From a bacterium (GTDB lineage Bacteria; UBA8248): a DNA stretch of 64,000 nt. Positions 1-9,772 of the stretch are shown piece by piece. How positions within the stretch are numbered: the first letter of the stretch is position 1; the number at the start of each line of letters is the position of its first letter. The notes beneath the pieces were generated by a model, which made no database searches, had not been told where the DNA came from, and was given only the letters and a program-made list of their open reading frames with translations. The translations under genes and the position numbers were made by a program. The stretch spans positions 2,432,001-2,496,000 of the forward strand of contig CBDBBI010000010.1 in the NCBI GenBank assembly GCA_965202625.1, written 5' to 3'.

Positions 1-299
1 AGGAAGAAGAGACGGAAAAGGAAATCCACGATGCTGCTAATCGATAGGTGCAAAAAGCGTGGGCGGCGCGGGGTGCTGCGCCTGGCGGCGTCCTCGGCAC
101 CTCCTTCGCGTGAGATGGCGTGATTGATGGAGGGGGCGGCTCGTTTGGGCCGCCCTTTTTCTATGCGAAGGCCTGCGCAAAGAATATCTGGGCGGACAGG
201 AGAGGAACGGGTTGATGGCAATCGGCATGGCGCCGGCTGGCATGTTATTGGCGCTGTAAAATCGCCGCCCTGGACGCAGCCGGACGGATCGGAGGTTCC

Positions 300-520
300 A
301 GGGACACGCTCTATTCCTCCGCCGATGGGGATGCCGTTTTTCGGGTGGCGCGACGCAAGCGGAAAGGAGCCCGCAGGAGCTGGCGGACGCCTTCATCGCG
401 CGCTTCCCCGATGCGGGCTCGTTCGCCCATATGCGCGTTGCCACCGGGAAAGGCCGGTTGTCGATATTTTATGCTGATTGCGAGATTGAGCCACCCAGGA
501 TTCCCGATCCGCCGAGCGCA
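300..520 (+). pseudogene. Frameshifted remnant of an unidentified coding sequence
   Basis: Protein-like segments stitch across three frames (TLYSSADGDA / FFGWRDASGKEP / QELADAFIARFP...FYADC); family not securely identified. Confidence 0.25.
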
Positions 521-619
521 TGTTCTTCGAGGCGCGCTTAGTGCGCGGTTCTCCTTTCTTGAGTCCGGACTTCGGCTCTCTTCTTCAATATTACGGGGAT
601 TCAAAGTAGGACTCAATCA

Positions 620-1285
620 ATGAGCATAATAAACATGGTCCAGGAATCGGACACGACAGCGGGCCGCGTGTTCGATTTCGTAGTGATCTTTCTGATTTTT
701 TCTTCGGTCATCGCCCTGACTTTCGAGACGATGCCCGACTTGTCCCCGGCCACGAAACGGGCGTTTCATATTTTCGAGGTGGTTTCAGTCGTTCTGTTCA
801 CAATCGAGTACGTTCTTCGCGTAGCGACTTCGTCCGAGAAAAAAAGTTACATATTCAGCTTTTATGGCATCGTTGACTTGGCGGCCATTCTTCCATTTTA
901 CGTCTCCTTGGGGATTGATCTTCGGGTTGTCCGCGCTTTTCGCTTGTTCCGCATTTTCCGCATCTTGAAACTCGCTCGATTTGACGATGCGATGGCGCGT
1001 TTTTGGAAAGCTATCTTGTACTCCAAAGAAGAAGTCACAATCTTCTTTTTCGGTACAATTATACTTCTCTATCTCTCGGCGGTGGGCATTTATTATTTTG
1101 AGCATGACGCCCAGCCCAAGAACTTCGCCTCAATCATACACAGCCTGTGGTGGGCTGTTGCGACCCTTACGACTGTGGGCTACGGTGATGTCTATCCTAT
1201 AACAGTGGGAGGCAAGCTGTTTACGTTCGTTATTTTGATGTGCGGTTTGGGCGTAGTGAGCCCTTCGGAAAGTCGTGAAGAATGA
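620..1285 (+). CDS. Voltage-gated K+ channel (ion transport protein), C-terminally truncated
   Basis: S4 segment RVVRAFRLFRIFRILK, pore TTVGYGD; ORF stops within S6 (GLGVVSPSESREE*); lower GC than flanks. Confidence 0.85.
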   Translation: MSIINMVQESDTTAGRVFDFVVIFLIFSSVIALTFETMPDLSPATKRAFHIFEVVSVVLFTIEYVLRVATSSEKKSYIFSFYGIVDLAAILPFYVSLGIDLRVVRAFRLFRIFRILKLARFDDAMARFWKAILYSKEEVTIFFFGTIILLYLSAVGIYYFEHDAQPKNFASIIHSLWWAVATLTTVGYGDVYPITVGGKLFTFVILMCGLGVVSPSESREE

Positions 1286-1411
1286 AGATCAGGGAAGTCG
1301 GGGGCATGATCGCTAAATGCACTTTTCCCGGGCGGGGGGATGCCGTATTCTTCCACCTGGACAACCATGACTTTCTAAAAACCGAGGCGTCCCGCGCCGA
1401 CGGAGAATTTT

Positions 1412-2440
1412 ATGAAAGCGGCCTTGCTTGAGAAAACGAGAACGATGCGCGTCGGCGCGCAGCCAGACCCGGAGCTGCCCGCCGATCACGTTCTGGTGCG
1501 GGTGGCCACGTCCGCGATCTGCGGCACCGACGTTTCCATCTGGGCGGGAAAGATGCCCGCGCGGATTCCCCTGATTCCCGGCCATGAGTGCACTGGCGTG
1601 GTGGAGCGCGTCGGCGAGAGCGTCGCCCGCCTCAAGGCGGGCGACCGGGTGGTGCTGAACCCGCTCGCAAGCTGCGGGGCGTGCTTCTACTGCGTGCGCG
1701 GGCAGACGAACATCTGCCTGCACGGCGGACTGAGAGGGCGGGAGGTTCCGGGCACCTTTGCCGAATACGTCTCCGTGCGAGAGACGGAGGCGTTCGCCTT
1801 CCCTGAGCGCGTGAGCTTCGCTGCGGCGACGAACTTCGTGGGCCTTTACACGGTCGTCTATAGCCAAAGGAAGGCGCCCTACGTCGCAGGCTCGCGGGTG
1901 GCCGTGCTGGGGCAAGGGAGCAGCGGCTTGCTCCATACCCAGCTGGCCAAGGCGTCGGGGGCGGAAACCGTCATCGCCGTGACCAGAAGCAAATGGAAAC
2001 TCGATGCGGCGCGCAACCTCGGCGCCGATGAAATCGTCCCCGCAGGCGAGGTGGACCCGGTGGAGGCCGTGCGCGACTTGACCGACGGCCTCGGCGCCGA
2101 TTTGGTGATCGAGACGGCGGGCGCCGCCGAGACCATGACGCAAGCCTACGAGATGGTGCGCGCGGGCGGCGTCATCCTGCAATTCGGCATCGGCCCGGCC
2201 CGGCTCGACCGCGTACCCGGCCAAGCATATTATTTCAAGGATCTGACCGTCATCGGATCGCGTGCCGGTCTGCCAGAGGATTTCGAGCGCGCCATCCGCC
2301 TGGTATCGACCGGCCAGATCAACCTGGAGCCTCTCGTCACGCACCACTTCGCCCTTGATGAGATTCAGGAGGGTTTTGAGTTCGTCGATGGGGGAGGAGA
2401 CGGCGGCACGCTCCGGGCGGTGATCAATATAGCGAATTGA
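1412..2440 (+). CDS. Zn-dependent medium-chain dehydrogenase (threonine/sorbitol dehydrogenase-like)
   Basis: ICGTD, GHE, CGACFYC...C structural Zn motif, GQGSSG Rossmann motif. Confidence 0.9.
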   Translation: MKAALLEKTRTMRVGAQPDPELPADHVLVRVATSAICGTDVSIWAGKMPARIPLIPGHECTGVVERVGESVARLKAGDRVVLNPLASCGACFYCVRGQTNICLHGGLRGREVPGTFAEYVSVRETEAFAFPERVSFAAATNFVGLYTVVYSQRKAPYVAGSRVAVLGQGSSGLLHTQLAKASGAETVIAVTRSKWKLDAARNLGADEIVPAGEVDPVEAVRDLTDGLGADLVIETAGAAETMTQAYEMVRAGGVILQFGIGPARLDRVPGQAYYFKDLTVIGSRAGLPEDFERAIRLVSTGQINLEPLVTHHFALDEIQEGFEFVDGGGDGGTLRAVINIAN

Positions 2441-2564
2441 CGATCGCGGCGGCCGGGGCGCTCTTCGATGCCCGCTGGTCGTCAACTTGCAGGGGGCTCC
2501 GGGCTTCCCGTCGAGAACAAGGCGCGGCCCGGACGAAAAGACGCCTGCTCCGAAGGGGCGATAT

Positions 2565-2750
2565 ATGGTCGTATTCCTGCTGAGGGTCGGATTTTTTCTG
2601 TTGGTCGTCGCTATAATTGACCAATACAGTGGTACCCGACTCATAGAGCTGGCTTCAGACCTCAACAGATACATATGGCAAACCGTCGGATCGCTGATTA
2701 GCGCAATCCTCTCCTGGATAGGGTATGGAGAGTATGGAATCTATGGATAG
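2565..2750 (+). CDS. Small membrane protein (61 aa)
   Basis: ATG at 2565 after GAAGGGG; two hydrophobic stretches; fills the gap before the cupin gene. Confidence 0.5.
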   Translation: MVVFLLRVGFFLLVVAIIDQYSGTRLIELASDLNRYIWQTVGSLISAILSWIGYGEYGIYG

Positions 2751-2773
2751 GGAGGAGGGGTGAGGAGGTCGTC

Positions 2774-3646
2774 ATGGCTCTTGAGCATCCATACGTTCGC
2801 ATCGCCAGCGTGGTGCCCGAGAAGATGGACGAGAAGGAGGGCTGGTCCGTCTCTGATTTCCGGGTGGTCATCAGTGGAAAGGAAGGCTGCTCCTCCATCA
2901 TGTATCACGCCACCCTTCAGCCTGGGGATCGCCAGCACAAACACCGCTACGAGAACTGCGACATGCAATACTACGTCGTAAGCGGCCACGGCCTAGCGGG
3001 CGCGGGGGCGGATCGCGTCGAGGTGCACGCGGGGCACTTTCACCATATCCCCAGAGGCGTGGAGCACTGGCTCGTGAACCTGGGCCGGCACGACCCCCTC
3101 GTCATCATCGGGTTCTATGATCGCGTCCCCACTCTCAAGGACACCGGCCGCCTCTACCTGGGCGACGTAGGCGCGACAGACCTCGCCGCTCCGCGCACAC
3201 TTCGGACGGCGGACCTCGAATGTCCGCTCGTGCACAACGACTCGGTTCCCTTCGTCAAGGTATCCAGGGAGGAGGGCTGGGCGCAGGATTATTTCAACGA
3301 GCCACTGAACCGCACTCACGGCGCGGGTTCGTGCTGGATGCAGGGCTACTTTGGCCCCCACACCGTGCACATGAAGCACCGCCACAACAACTGCGAGGAG
3401 ATATGCTACGTCCTGAAGGGCCACGGGCTGGCCGGCGTGGGCGCGGATCGCGCGGAGGTTTTCGCCGGAGACGTCCACTATATCCCCGCCGCCACGGAGC
3501 ATTGGCTCGCGAACATCAGCGACGACGAGGATCTCTCCGCCCCCGGCTGGTACATCGGCGTCGGCGGGCTTGACGAGAGCGGCTTCGAGTATCTGGGGCC
3601 GGTGACCGAGGACGACCTCAAGGAGCGAACGGGCGCGATCGCATAG
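2774..3646 (+). CDS. Bicupin (two cupin domains)
   Basis: Two cupin motif pairs (HKHRYENCD...IPRGVEH; KHRHNNCEE...IPAATEH); RBS GAGGAGG. Confidence 0.85.
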   Translation: MALEHPYVRIASVVPEKMDEKEGWSVSDFRVVISGKEGCSSIMYHATLQPGDRQHKHRYENCDMQYYVVSGHGLAGAGADRVEVHAGHFHHIPRGVEHWLVNLGRHDPLVIIGFYDRVPTLKDTGRLYLGDVGATDLAAPRTLRTADLECPLVHNDSVPFVKVSREEGWAQDYFNEPLNRTHGAGSCWMQGYFGPHTVHMKHRHNNCEEICYVLKGHGLAGVGADRAEVFAGDVHYIPAATEHWLANISDDEDLSAPGWYIGVGGLDESGFEYLGPVTEDDLKERTGAIA

Positions 3647-3744
3647 CGTCTCATCAGGTGCGGGGACGCATTCCGTCCCCCGGTGGGCTTTGGGAAGGTC
3701 GCGTCCGACAGGTGTGCAACGACCATCTTGTGAGGAGTACGTGA

Positions 3745-4602
3745 ATGGCGCTTCAATATCCCCTGGTGCACGTTGACGACGTCGTCCCCGAGAGAATGGA
3801 GGAGAAGGAGGGTTGGGCGATCTCGGAATTTCGCCTGCCCATCACCGGCGCTCAAGGAAGCTCGACCACCGCCTTTCATTCCATATTCCGGCCCGGTTCT
3901 ACGCACGCGAAACACCTGCACGCGGAGTGCGAGGAGATAGCGGTCTATCTGAAGGGAAACGGCGTGGTCGGCCAGAGCGATGAGCGCGCGGACGTGCGCG
4001 CGGGCCATTGCCGCCTCATGCCCAAAGGCTCGACGCATTTCTTTCACAACGAGACGAAGGCCGAGGAGGCGGTGGTGGTCGGGTTCTATGTCGGTGCGCC
4101 GAGCCTTGCGGCCACGGGCTATCAGTTTCGCGGCGAAGTGACTCCGGCGGACATCGCCGCGCCGCGCGAGGGGATTACCGAGGGCGTTCTGAGGCATCTC
4201 GACGACGTGCCGCGCGAGCGAATGAACGAGGGGGAGGGCTGGTCGATAACCGATTTCAGGCTCCCTCTGGGCAAGCACAACGGCAGTGGGACGACGCTGT
4301 TTCGCGCGAGATTCTTTCCGGGCGCCGCGCACAAAAAGCACAGGCACGACAACTGCGAGGAAATCTACTACGTCATCAGCGGTCATGGCTTGGCGGGCGC
4401 GGGGGCGGATCGCGTCGAGGTGCGCGGTGGACACTTTCACTACATTCCCAAGGGAGTGGAGCATTGGCTCCACAACCTGAGCGCCTCCGATCCCATCGAG
4501 GCGGTGGGCGTCTATATCGGAAGCGGGAGCGTGGAGGAGACGGGCTACGTCTATATGGGAGACGTAACGGAGGAGGACCTGAAAGAGCGCACGCCGCTTT
4601 GA
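3745..4602 (+). CDS. Bicupin, tandem paralog of 2774..3646
   Basis: HLHAECEE...PKGSTH and HRHDNCEE...PKGVEH motifs; same N- and C-termini as the upstream gene. Confidence 0.85.
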   Translation: MALQYPLVHVDDVVPERMEEKEGWAISEFRLPITGAQGSSTTAFHSIFRPGSTHAKHLHAECEEIAVYLKGNGVVGQSDERADVRAGHCRLMPKGSTHFFHNETKAEEAVVVGFYVGAPSLAATGYQFRGEVTPADIAAPREGITEGVLRHLDDVPRERMNEGEGWSITDFRLPLGKHNGSGTTLFRARFFPGAAHKKHRHDNCEEIYYVISGHGLAGAGADRVEVRGGHFHYIPKGVEHWLHNLSASDPIEAVGVYIGSGSVEETGYVYMGDVTEEDLKERTPL

Positions 4603-4766
4603 GGTTTTATCGGCTCAGGCGGAGCGACGGCGTATTCGAGGGGAGCGGACGGTGGAGGACGCGCCGCATTTTCTTGCCCCATTGTCTTTTGGTCGTCTTG
4701 TGATATGCTGAACCGACGTGGGGAGCGCGTTGATTCGGAGATAGTCAACTCTAGTGGAGTCATGCC

Positions 4767-5315
4767 ATGCGGATAACCGATGCGGCGGCGGAGAAAGTCA
4801 AGGAAATCATGCAGCAAAACGGCGGCGGCTTCGCCGGAATCCTGATCAGCTTCGAGGGCGGCTACAAGCTCGACCTGGTGAAGGATGAGGACGCCGCGCA
4901 ATACGCCCAGGTAGAGAATCCGCTGCTGGGCGTTTTCGCTTCGCCAGAGCACCTCGCGAGAGCGGAGGCGGCCGAAATCGAGTTCGTGACCGAAGGCCCC
5001 ACGAGCGGGTTCAAGGTGACGCGCGCGATGTCGGTGGGCGAAACCTCACTGCTGGAGCAGATCCAGGAGATCATCGACACGGAGATTAACCCGGCCGTCG
5101 CGTCTCACGGGGGCGTCATCAACCTGCTGGACATGGAGGAGAAGCGCGTTTTCGTCCAGATGGGCGGAGGCTGCGCGGGCTGCGGCATGGCGGACGTGAC
5201 GCTCAAGTCTGGTGTGGAGGCGCGCCTGCAACAGCTCGACCCCGAGATTCGGGTGGTCGATACCACGGACCACGCATCGGGAACGAACCCCTATTACGCA
5301 CCGACGAAGAAGTAG
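4767..5315 (+). CDS. nfuA: Fe-S cluster biogenesis protein NfuA
   Basis: N-terminal degenerate A-type carrier domain (ITDAAAEKV), NifU-C domain with GGGCAGC and TDHASGTNPYY tail. Confidence 0.9.
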   Translation: MRITDAAAEKVKEIMQQNGGGFAGILISFEGGYKLDLVKDEDAAQYAQVENPLLGVFASPEHLARAEAAEIEFVTEGPTSGFKVTRAMSVGETSLLEQIQEIIDTEINPAVASHGGVINLLDMEEKRVFVQMGGGCAGCGMADVTLKSGVEARLQQLDPEIRVVDTTDHASGTNPYYAPTKK

Positions 5316-5332
5316 GTTTTTCGGGCGTCACG

Positions 5333-5579
5333 TAGGCAAGCGGTGAGTCATTCCCAGATGTTTTCAGGCGGAATTCGAAAGTGCCCTTGAAGGGAGAGGC
5401 GTCTGACGCCAGGCGTTTATCCAGCTCCTGCGTAAAAACGTTGCGGGATGACCAGCGAAACCGGTGCGCATGATCGCAAGATCGAACTCCGGCGGAGAAC
5501 GGCCGTCCGTGAATACGGGCGGTGCGAACAAGTCGCCATGCGTGAGGCGATGCGCCGCTTGGCCATGTGCTGGTGCCTA
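5333..5579 (+). ncRNA. Candidate large structured non-coding RNA, family not recognised
   Basis: ORF-free; nested helices closing the ends (5333-37/5575-79, 5338-45/5553-60, 5347-54/5445-52, 5357-64/5435-42) plus several hairpins, one with a GCAA tetraloop; many G-U pairs on the + strand. Confidence 0.55.
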
Positions 5580-5686
5580 AGAGAAATGCGGATCGTTTGG
5601 CGTCCTTGCCCTTGAGGAAGGAAAAGCGGGGTTTGTGAAAGGTGTCAGGCGTGTTGTCCCCATGCGTTTTTTGAGGTGAAACGATG

Positions 5687-5709
5687 GAGGGCCGGCCCCC
5701 TCTTTTTTT
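5687..5709 (+). terminator. Putative intrinsic terminator
   Basis: GAGGG-CCGGCC-CCCTC followed by T7. Confidence 0.45.
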
Positions 5710-5723
5710 GCTTCTTTGTCGGG

Positions 5724-6980
5724 CTATTCCCCAACAATCTTGAATGCGATCTCTCCGTATGCCACGCGCAGGGCCGCCTCCACCTCCTCGGGATTCTTTC
5801 CTTTGGCGAAGATGAAGCCGAGGTATCTATCTCCCTCCGGCAGGGGCGTCACGCGGCCGCCGACGTGAATCGATATGTCGATCCCTTCGACGCCGGCAAC
5901 GGCGCGGGCCTTCTCCACGCCTTCGACGCGCTTCAGGACGCCCGCTTCGGGTATGGGAATCATCATGACGCCCGACGCCGCTTTCTCCCGCTCGATGGAT
6001 GGCGGCGCGACGCCCAGGGCCTGCGAGAGTATGAGACGCTCGAGAGTGGCTCCTCCTCCAAACGAGAGGGCGCGGGAGCACTTCCCGCCAATGGAGCGGC
6101 TCGCCACGTCGATCGTCCAGACTTGGCCCGCGCCGTCAACTCTGAGTTCCGCGTGGAGCGGGCCGTCGCGCAGGCGAATCGCCCGGGCGGCGCGGATGGT
6201 TTCTTCTCGAATTCTCCTTTGGGTCTCATCCGGCAGCCTTGAAGGCGTGACGTAGATGGTTTCCTCGAAAAAGGGGCCTTCGAGCGGGTCCGGCTTGTCA
6301 AAGATGGCCAGCAGGTGAACCTCGCCGCGTACGACCAACCCTTCCACCGCCGTCTCGACCCCTTCCAGGTAGTCCTCCACGAGAATCATCCGCGCCTCCG
6401 CGCCGCCTCGGGCGACGTTCTCGGGCTCCTCGAGTATGGCGCCAATTCGGCGGTAGGCCTGGGCGAATTCCGCCGCGTCGTTCGCGCGAATCACCCCCTG
6501 GCTGGCGGCCAGAAACGTGGGCTTGAGCACGCATGGGTATCGAATGCGTGCCGAGATTCTCTCGGGGTCGTCCTGGGCGGAGACGAGGCGAAACGCGGGT
6601 GAGGGCAGACCCTCTTCAGAGAGCGTCTTTCGGAGTTCGTATTTGCTTCTCGTGGCGCGCGCTGCTTCGACGGGGTGATAGGGCAGGCCCAGCGCCTCCG
6701 CCGCCATGGCGCCGAGTATGAGGGTCTCATCGTCCACCGGGGCGACCGCGTCGATGGGAAACGTTTTTGCGAACGACTGGATGCGGGCGGCGCCCGCATC
6801 TGGCTGGCCGTAATCAAGCGTGAGGGAAGCGCCGGGGTTCAGCCCGGCCAGCAGGTCGGGCCTGTCGGTTCCCACCGTGAGTTGGACGCCCAGCGCCTCC
6901 GCCGCCGCCACGTAGGCGGCCGCGCGATAGGTGGCCGTCGTCATGAGCGCGAGGACGCGCTTGGCGCCTTCAGGTGGCAT
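5724..6980 (-). CDS. ATP-grasp domain protein
   Basis: YPCVLKP...ASQGVIR, ILVEDYLEG, GPFFEET, LHAELR motifs; ATG at 6980 overlaps the upstream SDR stop. Confidence 0.85.
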   Translation of the reverse strand: MPPEGAKRVLALMTTATYRAAAYVAAAEALGVQLTVGTDRPDLLAGLNPGASLTLDYGQPDAGAARIQSFAKTFPIDAVAPVDDETLILGAMAAEALGLPYHPVEAARATRSKYELRKTLSEEGLPSPAFRLVSAQDDPERISARIRYPCVLKPTFLAASQGVIRANDAAEFAQAYRRIGAILEEPENVARGGAEARMILVEDYLEGVETAVEGLVVRGEVHLLAIFDKPDPLEGPFFEETIYVTPSRLPDETQRRIREETIRAARAIRLRDGPLHAELRVDGAGQVWTIDVASRSIGGKCSRALSFGGGATLERLILSQALGVAPPSIEREKAASGVMMIPIPEAGVLKRVEGVEKARAVAGVEGIDISIHVGGRVTPLPEGDRYLGFIFAKGKNPEEVEAALRVAYGEIAFKIVGE

Positions 6981-7749
6981 ACCATCCGCCGTCCACGATG
7001 AGCGACGTGCCGGTGACCAAGCTGCTGGCGCGGGAGGCGAGAAAGATGGCCGGGCCGACCAATTCATCCATCCGTCCGAATCGGCCCATGGGCGTTCTTC
7101 TGCAGATGGCGTCGTAGATCAACTTGTCCTCCTTGAGGGCCGTCGTGAGCGGCGTCTCGATGAACGTGGGGCAGATGGCGTTCACCTGGATGTTCTCCTT
7201 CGCCCACTCGGAGGCGAAAACGCGGGTCAGCCCGATGAGACCGCTCTTTGAGGAGGTGTAGGGCCCATAGGTTTGGCCTCGGGGGTTTCTGAAAACCGAC
7301 CAGCCCATCAGCGAGGCGATGTTGATCACCTTGCCGCCGCCCGCTTTCTTCATCTCCTCGCCCGCGCGCCTCGTGATGAAGAAGGTGCTTTTCAAGTTCA
7401 GGTCGAGTACCTTGTCCCAATCCGCCTCGGTGAGGTCTTCGAGTTTTTTGCGCACGTTCGTGCCCGCGTTGTTCACGAGAATGGTGAGTCCACCCAGCGC
7501 GGCAGCGGCTTCTCGCACCATGCGCTCGGCCAAGGCCGTGTCGGTGACGTCCGCTTGGATGAGCGCGCACTTGCGACCCATCCTCTTGATGGCTTCTTTC
7601 GTCTCATGGGCGGGTTCTACGTCAACATCCACGATGGCTACGTCAGCCCCCGCCTCGGCGAAACCCTCCGCCAGTGCGCGTCCGATGCCGCGCGCTGCGC
7701 CCGTGACGAGCGCCTTCGCCCCATTCAGATCAAAAAGAGATTGGCTCAT
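6970..7749 (-). CDS. SDR family oxidoreductase (gluconate 5-dehydrogenase/KduD-like)
   Basis: TGAARGIG, NNAG, YTSSK, VDGG. Confidence 0.9.
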   Translation of the reverse strand: MSQSLFDLNGAKALVTGAARGIGRALAEGFAEAGADVAIVDVDVEPAHETKEAIKRMGRKCALIQADVTDTALAERMVREAAAALGGLTILVNNAGTNVRKKLEDLTEADWDKVLDLNLKSTFFITRRAGEEMKKAGGGKVINIASLMGWSVFRNPRGQTYGPYTSSKSGLIGLTRVFASEWAKENIQVNAICPTFIETPLTTALKEDKLIYDAICRRTPMGRFGRMDELVGPAIFLASRASSLVTGTSLIVDGGWYAT

Positions 7750-8029
7750 GGGTTGGTTCTCCTTTCTAGGTATGTCGGGCCATCCCGATTCTCTATGCGG
7801 CGGTGCGCGGGGTCAACGGGGGCGGGCGTTCTCGTTGGACCTCAGAGGAGAGTATGATAATCAATACGAGAGTGCTTCTCTCCTCCTTTTCGTTCTTGCG
7901 CAAGCGCGCTTTTCCAGTTCTCTAGAGCAAGGATGAGCGATGGCGAAGGCTGACAGGCGACCTGTAACTCGGAAAATCACGTGCCCAGTGGCCTATGGCG
8001 GGACGCGCCAGATGCACCGTATGAGGAGA

Positions 8030-8370
8030 GAATCGGCACGCCGGGAGAATACTCCCCACATCGCCGAGACCGGCGCCGCGCTCGCCCAGGACGAACACCG
8101 CGGTGCACTGGATAACGAAAATCGAGGCGCCCGGGGTTCCGTGTGGGCCGATTCAGTGCATTGACGAGACTTTGGGGGATCCGTAAATGCAGGCCCGTAA
8201 GATGGCGGTGGCGATGGCGCGTCGCGCGCGCGGCGAAATGCAGACGTTCAACACGCCCGTGAAGGTGGAAGGCGCTTGGGGTGCCGCCCCCTTTGATGGG
8301 CGAGCACACCGCAGAGCTGCTTCCGGAAGGCACTCGGTCTCGGGGATGGGGAAATCAGGCCGTTGAAAGA
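8030..8370 (+). pseudogene. CoA-transferase family III (CaiB/BaiF) C-terminal remnant
   Basis: Across frames: WITKIEAPGVPCGPIQCIDETLGDP*MQARKM...APxLMGEHTAELL; in-frame TAA at 8184; N-terminal part absent. Confidence 0.7.
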
Positions 8371-8395
8371 GCGCGAGGCGATTTAAGGGGCCGCT

Positions 8396-9184
8396 ATGTT
8401 TCATGACAAAAAGGCTTTCGTGTTCGACCTTGAGGGAGTCTTCTTCGCCGGAGACGAGGTGATGCCCGGCGGCGTGGAGTTGATGCGCGCGGTCAAGGGG
8501 AGAAATCTTCCCCATCGTTTCATCACGAACATCAGTCGCAGCACAGTTGCGGAGATTCGCGCCCACATGGCGAGGATTGGCGTGGACCCGGGGGAGAACT
8601 TCATCGTGGGAGCGCTGGATCGCGTCGGCTCGTTTTTGCGGAAAAACTACGGGTCGGGCCGGGCGTACGTGCTGGGGACGGATTCCTTGAAGATCGCAAT
8701 TTCATCAGAGAGCTTCGAGATACTCGGGCGCGAGGAGGAGGAAAAGGCGGACGTCGTCGTGGTGGGCCTTGATGAGCACCTCACCTATCATACGTTGAGC
8801 GCCGCCGCGCGCGCCGTGAGCCGAGGTGCCCACTTCGTCGCCATGAATCCTGACGTGCGCTTGCCGCGCGAGGATGGCGCGTTTTCCTTGGGTGGGGGCG
8901 CCATCATGGCGGCCGTGCGTGCGGCGGCGGGCAGGGATCCCGTGTTTTTCGGAAAACCGGAGCCTTTTCTGTTCGAGGAGGCCCTGGCGGAGTTGGGCGT
9001 GGACGCGCACCAGGCCGTCATGGTGGGAGACAACCTGAGGACGGACGTCATGGGCGGCCGAAACGCGGGTATGGCCACCGTCTGGGTGAACCGCTGGGGC
9101 GCGATAGCCGGAGATCCAGACGTGACGGCGGACCTTGAGGTGAAGACCGTCCACGAGCTGATTCCGCATCTTCCGGACGGCTAG
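8396..9184 (+). CDS. HAD-IIA family hydrolase (NagD-like)
   Basis: FDLEGV motif I, ITN, GKP, MVGDNLRTD. Confidence 0.9.
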   Translation: MFHDKKAFVFDLEGVFFAGDEVMPGGVELMRAVKGRNLPHRFITNISRSTVAEIRAHMARIGVDPGENFIVGALDRVGSFLRKNYGSGRAYVLGTDSLKIAISSESFEILGREEEEKADVVVVGLDEHLTYHTLSAAARAVSRGAHFVAMNPDVRLPREDGAFSLGGGAIMAAVRAAAGRDPVFFGKPEPFLFEEALAELGVDAHQAVMVGDNLRTDVMGGRNAGMATVWVNRWGAIAGDPDVTADLEVKTVHELIPHLPDG

Positions 9185-9207
9185 ACGTATAGGATCGAGG
9201 GGGCGAT

Positions 9208-9731
9208 TTGGCGCAGATTCTCTATGAAGTCAAAGACAGGCTGGCCTACGGCACGCTGAACAGGCCGGAGAAAATGAACGCGATCAACCATGAGACGAGC
9301 GAGCGTATATTCTCGCTTTTTGCCAGGATGGAGCGCGACCCCGAGGTATGGGAATGCTTAATCACGGGCGCGGGAGAGGTGTTCTCAAGCGGTCATGATC
9401 TCACGGACGAAATTCCCGAGGGCAGGGAGGTCAAGCCCGTCTCCGACCTCTATCAGGTTGTCATGGAATTTTACAAGCCTTGGCTTCGCCCACTATCGCC
9501 TGTTCACCGGCGAGTTCATCGACGCGCAAGACGCCCTGCGGATTGGCCTGGCGAACGCGCCGCTGGCGGTGCGCGCCATCAAGAAGATCACCGCCAGCGC
9601 GACATGACGATGGAGGACGCCCTGGGCTTCGGAGACGTGATCCTCCAGCGTCTTTTGGAGATCGAGGATGCGGAGGAGAGGGCATACGGTCGTTCCATGA
9701 GAAAAGACCGCCTCGCTTCAAGGGAAAGTAA
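9208..9731 (+). pseudogene. Enoyl-CoA hydratase/isomerase pseudogene
   Basis: LNRPEKMNA, FSSGHDL, then internal deletions and frameshifts; TGEFIDAQDALRIGLAN, APLAVRAIK, EGIRSFHEKRPPRFKGK* lie in different frames. Confidence 0.8.
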
Positions 9732-9772
9732 ATCGTCCTTCGTCCCATACTACCATCGGAGAGGATGCCGCG

